From Parasitella parasitica NRRL 2501 (taxonomy: Eukaryota; Fungi; Mucoromycota), in NCBI GenBank assembly GCA_025201805.1, contig MU619394.1:2777-66776 (forward strand): 64,000 nucleotides of DNA, read 5' to 3'. Shown piece after piece: positions 1 to 11,405 of the stretch (positions within the stretch are counted from its first letter, which is position 1; the number at the start of each line of letters is the position of its first letter). The notes under the pieces are model-generated. The model was not told the DNA's origin, searched no databases, and saw only the letters and a program-made list of their open reading frames with translations. Position numbers and translations under genes: made by a program.

Positions 1-1663
1 CAAGACTGAAGTGTTACAGAGAGGTTTCATTTGATATGATGGTTTGGTTGTGTAACAAATGCCTCATCGCACATACCAGGATAAAGAAAAAGAGACAAAT
101 ATAAGTAGTATGATAGAAATACTTAGGATACAGCAAGTATTAAAACCTCCTTTGATTTGAAATAACACGCAAGTAATTTGCTGCCAGGTATTGCCAAGTG
201 ATGCCGAGCAATAATTTTTTTTTTTTTAATTGATAATCAAAAAGATCTGATAAGTTAAACCGTCATACAAACTAAAATACCGGTATACACTCAAACCGAC
301 TCAGATTGAACCTCATATATCAAAAATTGGGTAATAACGAAGAAAATCGACACCGACACTGTAATCCAATTATTCTATGTTGCAAAAATTTAGTAGAAAA
401 TGAACTGCAGTCAAATTAGTTATCATGTAAAAACGGCATATGATGAAGAGTTTTTCTTTTTCTTTGCATGAACAAATGTATGTTATCGAGCCTAATTCCG
501 AGGCATAGGAGACGTGTCTAATGAACAAGGATGTGATACAACGAGTTTACAGGGCAGTAAATTTTCTTGGTATTTTTTTATAGATGTTATTACTCACAGG
601 AAATGATTAGGTTGTATTGGAATCCAGGAGTATATACGAATATATATAGCTTGGTGTTTTAGAATATTTTGCCTATAATGCCTTTTATTTATGCATGCCA
701 TGAAATTTAATTTATGGCAGGCATTTCTAGCCACCACATGAGTCTAATCATGTACCACTTACTTAGAAAATGGCAAGGATGCGCATTGAACCAATTAATT
801 CTTGCTCAAGTAATTTTATAAAGAGAATTAGCTAAGGAGCACTATTTTTGATATTTCAAGAATAAACAGTATTTGTACTTGATTTATTGAGCAAAAGCTG
901 GTCATTGCAATGGCAACTAATTTATTAGACCTCAATCTTTCTCTTTTGAAATTGATCCCCCTTTTAACTATAAAAAGGAAATTCCTTTATGACGATTGTT
1001 ACTATAGACGTTATATTGTATTCGTTTTTGTAAAATGAACACCCTATTTTACATACTGATGCGCCGACGAACACACAAAAAGGATCTGATAATATATATA
1101 TACAAAAGAAACGGTTCTAGTTTTTGTTTCACTCGTCTTTAATACCGAGATTGATTCTTTAATAAGCGTCTATAAAAATCTACTCGGTAATCTACCTTAT
1201 AACATAAATAGTCCATGATGATTAGATCAATCAAGTTACTACACATTTGAAAACCTTGTAAAAGTTCAATTTTAAAATCTACCAGGTTTTTAAATTGAGT
1301 GCATATCAACTTGATTGCTTTGAATAAACAGGCTTCCCATGCTCCTTTCGTTATCTATCGGATGATCAAATAAATCATAACATTTGGTATAAAAAGGACG
1401 ACTTCCAACTAGCCAATTCAAAGGTTTCGTTCAACAACATCTCCGATCTAAAGCATAGGTCTTGCGAATTTAGAGATTTTCTATTTTATCAGATCTTTTT
1501 TTATCGTTGCACAACCTATTCCTTCTTTTCCCTAAATCTTATATATAATAGCATCTTTTTTATTTTTCTATATACAATCTTTCTCTTTTATCTTTTACAT
1601 CTACACTTTTATATTTGGTTTATTTATTTCCTTATTTCTAGAGATTTTCACTTAGTAATTCAA

Positions 1664-3147
1664 ATGTCTAAGATTAATAACTTTAATTTTATTTCTGCTT
1701 GTTCTGATGTTGCATCTTCTTCAAGGTAAAGGAATAAATGGCCTGATTACCAGGGTTATTATAGAAGAAAAAAATTATCTGATCTTATTTATCTGATCAT
1801 CATTTTATTAGTGCATATTCTTTATTGAACCGTCAAGAGCCCATTCATGCTCGTATTAGTACTAACAATGAAAGAGGTATAGATAAAATGTCTTTGGGTG
1901 ATAGTTATAGACCTTATTCACTCATCTTTGTATATTTTATCTTAGATCGTCGACCAATAGACCCCCCTCCCATCGTTCAAATTCGACTCAACCAGGCTAC
2001 TCCGCAACAAACAGAGTATGTACTACCTTTGATCATCTTGTTTTATCTGATTTTATTAATATTTCTTAATAGTGCTTTCCATCAAAACTCTTACTTTTAC
2101 ATGTGTGCTAATTTAGCCCACCCATCTGATGATAAAGAGATATACACACCAACGCATAATGCTCTATCTGGCCAAACCGTTTCTTCTATGTATAAACTTA
2201 AAGACATTGATAATCGTGGTAAACTCACATGAAATTTGTCAAGTATAGCAATCTTAAGTTTTAACATATTTCTTTTTCTTTTTTTTTTTCTAGAAGGGGC
2301 ATTCTTTATTTTTGGAGACCTGTCTGTCAAAGTAGAAGGCAACTTTAGACTTAAGCTTTCTTTATTTGAAATCACTGCGACTGGCTCGGTTTATCTTCAA
2401 TCTACATTCACTGGTCCTTTTATTGTTTACCCTGCAAAGAAGTTTCCCGGAATGCTGGATTCTACCTTTTTATCAAGATCGTTCTCTGACCAGGGTGCAC
2501 GTATCAGAATTCGCAAAGAAAATAGAGCCCAAATACCTAATGTCAGTGCTCCTGCTTCATCAGCTGGCAATATCTCTCGCAAGAGGAAATTGGAAATCCA
2601 AACTGAGCAGCACATTTTACGCGCTTCTCCCTCTGCATCATACCATCCTGCTGTTATTGCTCCTGTTATTTCTAATAACACTGGCATCAATCATGTCACA
2701 GCCCCGAATCCTTCACTTCCAGCTACGGATTTACCCGGAGCATACTACGAAAGAAGAGCCAGCGTCACCAGCAGTGGTACAGAAAGTTGCAGCAGCGATG
2801 AAAGCCCAATTGCCACTCACTTCTCATCTCCTCGTGTCTCGCTCCCCCCACTATCGCCTCCCCATCAATCCTGCGATAAATTCTTTCCTACGGGCTCAGC
2901 CAACTATATTCCTTTATCTTACCATTCTTCCTCATCACTGCCTCTCCATGTCCCTCATTATTTGCCTATTCAGCACAAACTTGATTTTGATTCTTCTGTT
3001 AAATTACCGCCTATTCGCAACATTATCTCTTCTTTAAAGAGGCAAAAAACCACTAGAACCGAGCAAGATGCTGTAGTAGCAATGATGCAATTATCCCATT
3101 CCTACAATACACCTCCAAAGCAGCATTATTTGCTCCATATAGATTAG
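1664..3147 (+). CDS. Velvet-domain transcription regulator (VosA/VelB/VeA family), multi-exon
   Basis: Velvet motifs across ORFs 1825-2232 and 2236-3147: RQEPIHAR, DRRPIDPPPIVQI, FIFGDLSVKVEGNFRLKLSLFEI, VYPAKKFPGMLDSTFLSRSFSDQGARIRIRKE. ATG at 1664 followed by GT-AG introns. Confidence 0.9.
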
Positions 3148-3511
3148 GAAGAAGAAAAAACATACACATATATAGATTAACCTTGTAATATTATCCCTCA
3201 CGCACTAATTCATTTCATTATTTCTTTCATTATGTGTATATTATTCTTACATTACACAGCCACTATTGCTTTTTTTTGTTAATATCGTCCTCATTCATTC
3301 TCTTGATAAATAAACAGTTTCAATTTGACATTATTATTGTATTGTGTGTAACATTGATCTCTGATAAACAGGGCATGACTCGAACACACATATGAAACGC
3401 TTATAAACAGAAAACGTGATTTGCAGGCATTGGTTGTGCATTTGCAAATATTGGATTAATGCAAAAAATACCTTTTGGCTCTCTTTTTATTTCCGTTATA
3501 CCACAATAATT

Positions 3512-4584
3512 ATGACTATACCCCAAGCACAATACTTTTGGCTAACAGGCGGCTTCTTTTTGGGCATGTTCTTCATGTATAATATTGTTCCTTTCAGAGT
3601 AACCGATCATCAGAACAGTGGCGGCCTGCACAGTAGGCAGCAACCGCCTAACAGTGTATTGCAATTTGGAAACCCAGGTAAGCATTACACGATGCCGGCC
3701 ATTGCTACAGATTAACAGATGTATATAATATAAATAGGCCCTATTAATGATCTGTTTGAGAGAACTGCTTACACCGCATCTTACAATCGCAGGGATCGAA
3801 TCCCACATTGGGTTGGTGAACATATTACAGCCGATAGTTTACGCCGTGGTGAAGGTGTCTCGCGAGACAAATCTCGATTTACAGATGATAGTGCCTTGCC
3901 AGATTTATTCAAGGTATATACCAAGGATTATACGAATAGCGGCTACGATCGTGGGCACATGGCCCCTGCAGGAGACGCAGTTTTCTCACAAACGGCCATG
4001 GATGAAACTTTTTTGATGACCAACATAGCACCTCAAGTTGGCCCTGGATTTAATCGCCAATGTACGTAAAAAGACTTGTGTACGAAGAAAAGCAGCTCAC
4101 TTTTTATTTTATTATTACGTTCTAAGATTGGGCCTATCTAGAGCAATTCTGCCGTGATTTAACAAAAAATTTTACAGATGTATATGTCTATTCAGGTCCA
4201 CTCTTTTTACCTCAATTGTCGTCTAATGCTTATGCCTTGGCTGACTCAAAGATTGAGTTCAATGATGATGGAGCAATCAGAGTCGTCTCAAAGATAGCAG
4301 GGAAGCAAGAAAAGTACACAATGCAATATAATTTAATAGGTGCCCATGGGCCTACAGTTGCTGTCCCTACTCATTTTTTCAAAATTCTCTTGGTGTCCAA
4401 TGGCACTGATTATGCGTCGGGAGCCTTTGTGCTACCAAATCAGGTTATTGACCGTACCACTCCTCTTGATCAATTTCAAGTTGACCAAAGAGCAATCGAA
4501 AAGGCGTCTGGCTTAACGTTTTTTCAGACACTAGATAGAACCACAATCACAAATTTGTGCGATTTAACGAGTTGTGTCGTATGA
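3512..4584 (+). CDS. NUC1: DNA/RNA non-specific endonuclease (Nuc1/EndoG family), spliced
   Basis: Spliced frame gives YNRRDRIPHWVGEH, GYDRGHMAPAGDA (DRGH active site), TNIAPQVGPGFNR and VAVPTHFFKILL. Confidence 0.88.
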
Positions 4585-5069
4585 TGATATAAAGGCTGCA
4601 TAAATTGCCATATTTAAAACCATGTGAGTAAATAAAGCACAATATTTGAATCATAGAAACCCTTCCAACGTTTACAACTTGACCCAACGTCGACGTTATT
4701 ATTTTTTTTTTTTTTTTTTTTTTTGCTACTTGCTACGACTCCCATCCCACTTTTATATACCAACGCATACAATAAATCGCTTGAAAATTGTGTTGCTTAG
4801 TTTGCCATTCAACATGCTTACGGTTGCAAAATGCGCTGATATGTGAATGTCATAAAGAGGCAGAGTTTCAAAGCCAAACCCTTTATAAATTTTGGGGTGA
4901 TTCATGCCAACCTTAATGATGTCAAAATGAGTGAAAACGCTTAACTGGAAGGTTTTTAATCGAACCCATGTATAATTCAGTTGTGTATAAAAAGTGGCCT
5001 ATTTACATGCGTCCTCTCGCTATTTTCAATTTTTTTTTTTTTTACTTTAAAATTCTACATCAATTCAAA

Positions 5070-5409
5070 ATGCCTATGCAGAAAGATCTCGGTAAGCCTG
5101 AAGCAATCGCTCAGTAACCCCATTGCTGATGTAACATTTAATGTAGAACGCATCCATCAAGAAATCCAGGGAGTCTTGCGTGATAGTGAAAAGCTGTCTA
5201 ACCACAAGTATACCCCTGACGAAATCCATGGGCTACAAGAACGTTTGCAAAAAATCGACGCTCAATACAAGGAGGGCATCATTGATGACCGTAATAGTCG
5301 GGACATCAATGACGACCCATATGAGCATAAAGGCCAAGGTCAAGTAGCCGACGACATTGCGAAAGTTCATGAAAAACTATCCCAACTCCTGCAACATGCT
5401 GATCAGTAA
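5070..5409 (+). CDS. Small helical protein (~94 aa), possibly a single DUF2408-like repeat
   Basis: ATG 5070 and one intron (gtaagc...atgtag) give MPMQKDLERIHQEIQ...LQERLQKIDAQYKEGIID...GQGQVADDIAKVHEKL. The family resemblance is from memory and weak. Confidence 0.65.
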
Positions 5410-5478
5410 ATCATTTCTCCATTTTAAAATAAAAGCAGACTCTTTGAATTCCAAAAACAATTTTATTACATATTATAC

Positions 5479-6989
5479 TTATTTCTTGGGAGCAAGCTTA
5501 GAATAAGGGATGAAAGTCTCGCCACCCATATAAGGAACCAAAGGAGGAGGGATTTCCAGACCGTCTTCACGTTGCCAGTTCTCTAACAAACCACAAAGTG
5601 CTCTCTCAGTAGCACAGAGTGTAGAGTTGAGACAGTGAACATACTTCTTTTCACGATCAGACATTTTCTTGACACCGCAACGGATTTCCAGGTTGCGAGA
5701 TTGGTAATCGGTACAGTTGGAACAAGAAACAAGCTCCTTGTACTCACCTTGGAAGGGGAACCAAGCCTCTAAATCGTACTTCTTGGCAGCTGCGCTATTC
5801 AATGCGCCAGAGACAATAGCAACAACGCGGTAGGAAAGACCCAGACTCTGGAAGAAATCCTCAGAGTGATTGATCATCTCATCAAACATTTCCCAAGATT
5901 TCTCGGGGTCCGTCAAAACAAATTGCTCAATCTTTTCAAATTGATGAACACGGAAAATACCCCAGGTATCTTTACCATGAGCGCCAGCTTCCTTACGGAA
6001 ACAGGTAGAATAACCAGCATACTTGATAGGCAATTGCTCCGAAGGTTTTTCGAACCATTCGCCTTCGTGGAAGGCAGAAATGGGTTGCTCCGAGGTAGCA
6101 ATGAGATATTTGTCCTCGCCATCACCAGAAACCTGATGAAAAAAATATTGTCAATCATTTGATCCACATACTGAATCAAGCTTCATCTTTACCTTGTAAA
6201 GCTCCTCATCAAATTGAGACAATTGGGCAGTCTTGGCCATCATTTCCTTGTTCATGAAGAAAGGAGTTTGCAGCTTTTTATAGCCACGTTTAGCAAGGAA
6301 GTTGAGGCCGTATGTAATCAAAGCCAAGTTGAGATCTACACCAACGCCTGTCAAGAAATAGCCGCGGTGACCAGCAATCTTGGCTCCACGTTCCTGATCA
6401 TAACCGTCTAAACGAGCAAGAACTTCATGATGAGACAGGATGTCAGTCTTTTTGACAGGTTCGACACCGTTGTGAAAATAAGTACGGATAACCACGTTGT
6501 CGTCCTGATGAAATATGTGTTAAGTGCACGTCAAATCAGATGTGTTTGCTCCCAAATATATATTACCTCATTCATAGAAGTAGGGACTGAGGTATGGACA
6601 ATGTTACCAAGAAGATTCAGTTTGCTCTTCCAGGAGGTCTCCTTCTCCTTGGCTTGGGCGATGAGTTTATCCTTGTCTTCTTGAAGAGCGTTCTTTTGAG
6701 CAACTAATTCAGACGCATCTTCCTTGGCCTTGTATTTTTTACCGATTTCCTTTTGGATACCATTTGCTTCCTTGTTCTTTTGGTCACTGGCGAATTGTAC
6801 TAAGATGATTTTAAATATTCAGCGGGTTTAAAGGCACACAACATGGGGAAACATACATGTGGTCCATTCCTTGTATTCAGCAATAATTTCATCGATGCGC
6901 TCAACATTTTCACCACGTCTCTTTTCAGACTCTTTCACAATATCAGGGTTGCCACCACGTTCCTCCAAAAGCAAATTGATATCAAGCAT
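5479..6989 (-). CDS. SES1: Cytosolic seryl-tRNA synthetase, multi-exon
   Basis: Start [15 protein letters not shown] at 6989. Class II motifs [48 protein letters not shown] and [12 protein letters not shown]. Confidence 0.97.
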
Positions 6990-7153
6990 ATTTGTACCAG
7001 GCACGTCAAGTATGAAAAAAACAGAAAAGAAGAAGGCTATCTACAGCCAAACGAGGGAAAAAAAATTTACTCTAAAACGATGCGGCATCTCAAACGACAC
7101 TTGTGCGGCTTTGTTGACTTATTGCATTTTAGCACTCTTCCTTCCTCTTGGAA

Positions 7154-7612
7154 ATGTCGTTAAACTTCTTCAAGACAAAGCCCGCAAAAACTGACGCTTC
7201 ACTCGATTATGAATCGGTCATAAACAACTTGAATGCTATGGATAGCTCCATAGCAGGTCTTGATATCGACCAGTTTATTCAGAATGAGAGTATCCTTCTT
7301 GGAAAGCACCAAGGTATTTCTAACAAAGATGACTCAGTTTGAGTAATCTTTATTCAAAGTCTCTGCTTAGATTTCTACCATAATGAGAAAAAAAATGATG
7401 CAGAGGCTTTACCGAAACAATTACAGAAAGATACACAGTGCGCAGCAGATGACAAGACACGCGCTCTAGTCAATTCGTATATTGAGCTTTCAAAGACTAT
7501 GCCCGACATTAAATCTGAAGCTATTGAATGCAATAACCAAGTCAAAGCCTCAATCCTACAGAATCAGAAAACTATCGACGATATCAATAAAGCACATGCC
7601 GATCTGCTGTAG
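7154..7612 (+). CDS. Hypothetical 133-aa protein, two exons, divergent from SES1
   Basis: Exon 7154-7313, GT-AG intron 7314-7370 and exon 7371-7612 join into an uninterrupted 402-nt frame ending in TAG. Confidence 0.6.
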
Positions 7613-7859
7613 TTGGAAAAATCGTATTTCCACATTTGCAATTAATTATTGTTGCCACATGAGAATAAACGTTGCATACAAATGCCCATTTACAGGCAAG
7701 CACCATCAAACTTTGTTTGAGCTTTTAGTAGAAAACTAAAAATTCGTTTATCATTACGCATCTCTAATTGCGCTTCACAGCGTTACATGCCATTAGCCCT
7801 AAAAAAAAAAAAAAAAAAAAAAAAAAACGAATACAGCGTGTAGTTCTTGCCTTAAAAAT

Positions 7860-9437
7860 CTATATACTCCTGCTGTTTAACCAGCTCAAGATCTGTTCAT
7901 AGCATGCAAACTGAATTGCCCCACCTTTCAAAACGAAAGCGTCAGCTCGTTTGCCACTTGTTCATTTGATTGATATCTCATTATTACCTGGCGCAATGCG
8001 AATAATGCGAAGCCAAGAACCTCTAAAGAAGGATGCCGGCCCCTCTTGTCTCATCATCGATTTGATACAATCCCATGTGCTAGTATACGATCCTCCTGCA
8101 TCTTGCATTCTGTATAATATTAGTACACAGGATGGCCAACTGGATTATTACACTGACCTTGTTTTGACAACATCTGGCGGAGAATTCAATACACCGACAA
8201 GCACATTAGCCATGCCTCCGCTAATCTGAAGAGCCCAATTGAGTACATAGTCAAAAATTAAAGAATTCGTTATTTATATACCATGTGTTGCCAGGGCTGT
8301 AATGTTGCATCTGCATTGTTGGAAGCCCTCTCAAACATAGCCTTCATCTCAATGTATGCCGAGAATTTGACAAATAATCCTTGATAAGTGGTATATGATG
8401 TTTAATATGTGGGTTCTCACTTTGATAAAATATCTTTTTGTTTACCCCAACTCTGTCGTGCCACTGTTGCCATCAAACCGCTGTAGAGAGCTGCAAACCT
8501 ATACATGTCAAAAAAATAAACAAAAGATGAATACTGAGACCAAGTCGTACCCGCCCGCCAATCTCTAACAAACCCTTCTTGTCGCACAATAATAGAGGCT
8601 GTATTAATCAATCCACAATACTTTCTCTTCTGGCCCTTATCGAGAACCATTTCTGTTTGCTGGCGAACCTTGATCATCTCTAGAGGCGTCACTTATTTCC
8701 ATACACAACATGTCAGAAAAGTATCGTTATTCAATAGATTACAACGTTGGCGCTTACCTAATGTTATCGCTTGTGTAATTCCCGTGCAGATGCCTGCCAA
8801 TCCAGCAGAGCTATGAGCGGGCAAGATGGAACGCTCCTCAAGACTCTCAAATATAGGCTTGTAGAACGCTAACCCCATATATTGAAGTGAAATACGCGGG
8901 CCTACAATACATAATACGGGGATCGTTCCTCTATAAAATGCTACAGTGGCATGAATGTGTATATAAAAAGGTACCAGTAACTGCTGCTTATACCTGATAT
9001 TCCTTCTTCCTTAAAAACGCTACTAAAGGCTTTGAAGATACCATTCTTGTAATGAGCTGCCGCATTGACAGACTGTACATGTTTATGAGAGTGGTAGGTC
9101 CTTGGTGGGTTAAACACAATTTTAAATCGTATTTACCTGAAATCTGGTTTTGATCACATCTGTTGGCTAAATTGTCGTAATAGTATTGATTACTGTAGGC
9201 TCAATTAATGGTATATGCATTTGTGTATAAATGTATTTACCTGCATTAGCAAGATCTCGACCGTTCCTGCTCCTGCTCCAGCTAAAGTTGAGTTCTTACA
9301 TGTATAGTTGCGTGAGTTCTAGTGGGGGAGAGGGGAGGGGAGGAGCGGCCGGTTTTCGACAATCAACTGGCGCAAAAACTTACTAGTACGTTTAATTTCG
9401 GCTTGGACGAGCTTTTTTCAGATGCGGAAGCACTCAT
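7860..9437 (-). CDS. Mitochondrial carrier (SLC25; succinate/fumarate- or citrate-carrier-like), multi-exon
   Basis: Carrier signatures PX[DE]XX[KR]: QPTDVIKTRFQ and TPLEMIKVRQQ. Also LAGAGAGTVE, IVRQEGF..LYSGLMATVARQS and C-terminal AIQFACYEQI. ATG 9437, TAG 7860-7862. Confidence 0.88.
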
Positions 9438-10174
9438 TACTTAGGTTACGAGAATAAGGAAAGAAGATGGAAAAGCCTAATAAAGCAAACTTTTAAGCTT
9501 TTTGTTACGCTAGTGTAACAATGGCAAATGTCAGTTACTCGACATAATCTCTCGAGCCTTGACCTTGATTCGATATCAAATAGCATCACTATATCCATAA
9601 TGTTTATATATATTTATGTTATTGATATAGTAATTATTTAATTTATAATCTATTTATTATAGGGTTGCTAGGGATACTACCTTGAAATCTTGCACTTGGA
9701 ATGACTCACTGCTTGACGATTGGCTTGACAAAATTTCTGGCTCATCTCAGTGGATGACTAAACGCTTGATGAATCCACTGCAGTACTATTAGCTTGCAAT
9801 AAACGTGAATCATAAGCATCTACCGGAGATTCCTGATAATCAAGCAGAAATTAGGTTATTAAAGTTGAGACACCAAAGTCAGTAGCAGCTTTCGATTTGA
9901 AAACAATCCCCCCTACAGAATGTAGATTTTAGTACTCTCTATGACTAAAAATTGTTTGATTTTTTTTTTAATGCTTTAATGTTAAGGTTTGATATACCAT
10001 GTCCTCTACGCTCCAAGACATCTTGCTCTAACTTCTTGCCTTTCAAATGAGCTGCCAGTGCCGGAACAGTATTTGAGCCTCCCAATCCAGGTGACTGGTT
10101 TGGTTTTTGACTTGTTCAATGTGAATACCTAATGAAGAAAAAGATTTCTTCTCCCATTTTACAATTCTATAACA

Positions 10175-11237
10175 ATGGTAAGAGGGTATCCTACGCACAT
10201 ACACGCACTCTAAAACGCCATTAACAATGGCAGAAGAAAAGATCTAATTGAAACAATAGTCTCGATTAGAACTATTGACTCCTGAAGGTCTGCGTATCGA
10301 CGGCCGTCGTGCCAATGAACTTCGCAAAATCACAGCAAAGACTTCTGTGTTTAGTCAAGCTGATGGGTCGGCTTACATTGAACAAGGTAATACCAAATGT
10401 CTTGCTGCTGTTTATGGCCCCAGAGAGGTTTGTATTATGGTTTATTCGTCGCCTTGGCTTTGCTTGATGAGCTGACATTTTACATGCGGTAGCTTCGTTT
10501 CCGTCAGCAAGGTCTTGCGGACCGTGCCATCATCAATGTTGAATTCAACGTGGCCCCCTTCAGCTCAAGTGAACGCAAAAAGAGATCAAAGAATGACAAG
10601 TAAATACAGCGCATGTGTGCAGTGTGAATCGCATCAGCATGTATTAACTCTTCAGCATGTAGACGCTCACTAGAAGTAGCAGCGTTCATCCGTCAAACAT
10701 TTGAGCCTGTCATTTTCACATCTCAATTCCCCAAAACGCAAATCAGTATATATCTTCAAATTTTCCAAAACGATGGGGGTAATGCATACATAAAAAAAAA
10801 ATTGGAATGCTCATCTTGCTTATTGACATGGTGCTTTGCTACAGGCTTACTACAGGCTTGCATTAATGCAGCCACTATGGCATTGATCGACGCAGGTATC
10901 CCGATGATGGATTATGTATGTGCTTGCTCAGCCGGCTGCATCGATAAGGAACCAGTATTGGATTTAAACAATCTCGAAGAGGCTTCGGACACACCTGAAT
11001 TAACGGTCGCGATATTACCACGAACAGGCAAGGTTACTTTGTTAGAGGTGAGTTGATATGCTGCATGTTCATTTGATAATATACTGACGTGTAGATAAGA
11101 TGGAATCTCGCCTTCATGTGGATAAACTTGCAAGCGTTACAGAATTAGCTACTGAAGGCTGTATGAAGATTCACACCATTTTAGATGCAGTCATCAGAGA
11201 GAACACTGAACATCTCATGTCAAAATTAAAAGCATAA
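10175..11237 (+). CDS. RRP41: Exosome RNase PH-like subunit Rrp41/Ski6
   Basis: MSRLELLTPEGLRIDGRRANELR, ADGSAYIEQGNTKCLAAVYGPRE, ACINAATMALIDAGIPM; several introns. Confidence 0.95.
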
Positions 11238-11405
11238 AAACAATCGTGTACTTGTATATTATTATGAAAGGGTCTTTTTTTTATTGTGATTATGTGTTGT
11301 TTTATGCTACTAAATGCTGTATAAAAAGGTGAGAGGGAGAGAGAGAGGGAGAGAAATAATGTTGTGTATAAAGGTGGTTGTCGAGTAAAATTAGGGGGGT
11401 TTTTT

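Noticed and set aside
9660-10160. Coding-like stretch on the minus strand between the carrier gene and RRP41
   Set aside because: Stops in all plausible splicings and no recognisable domain.
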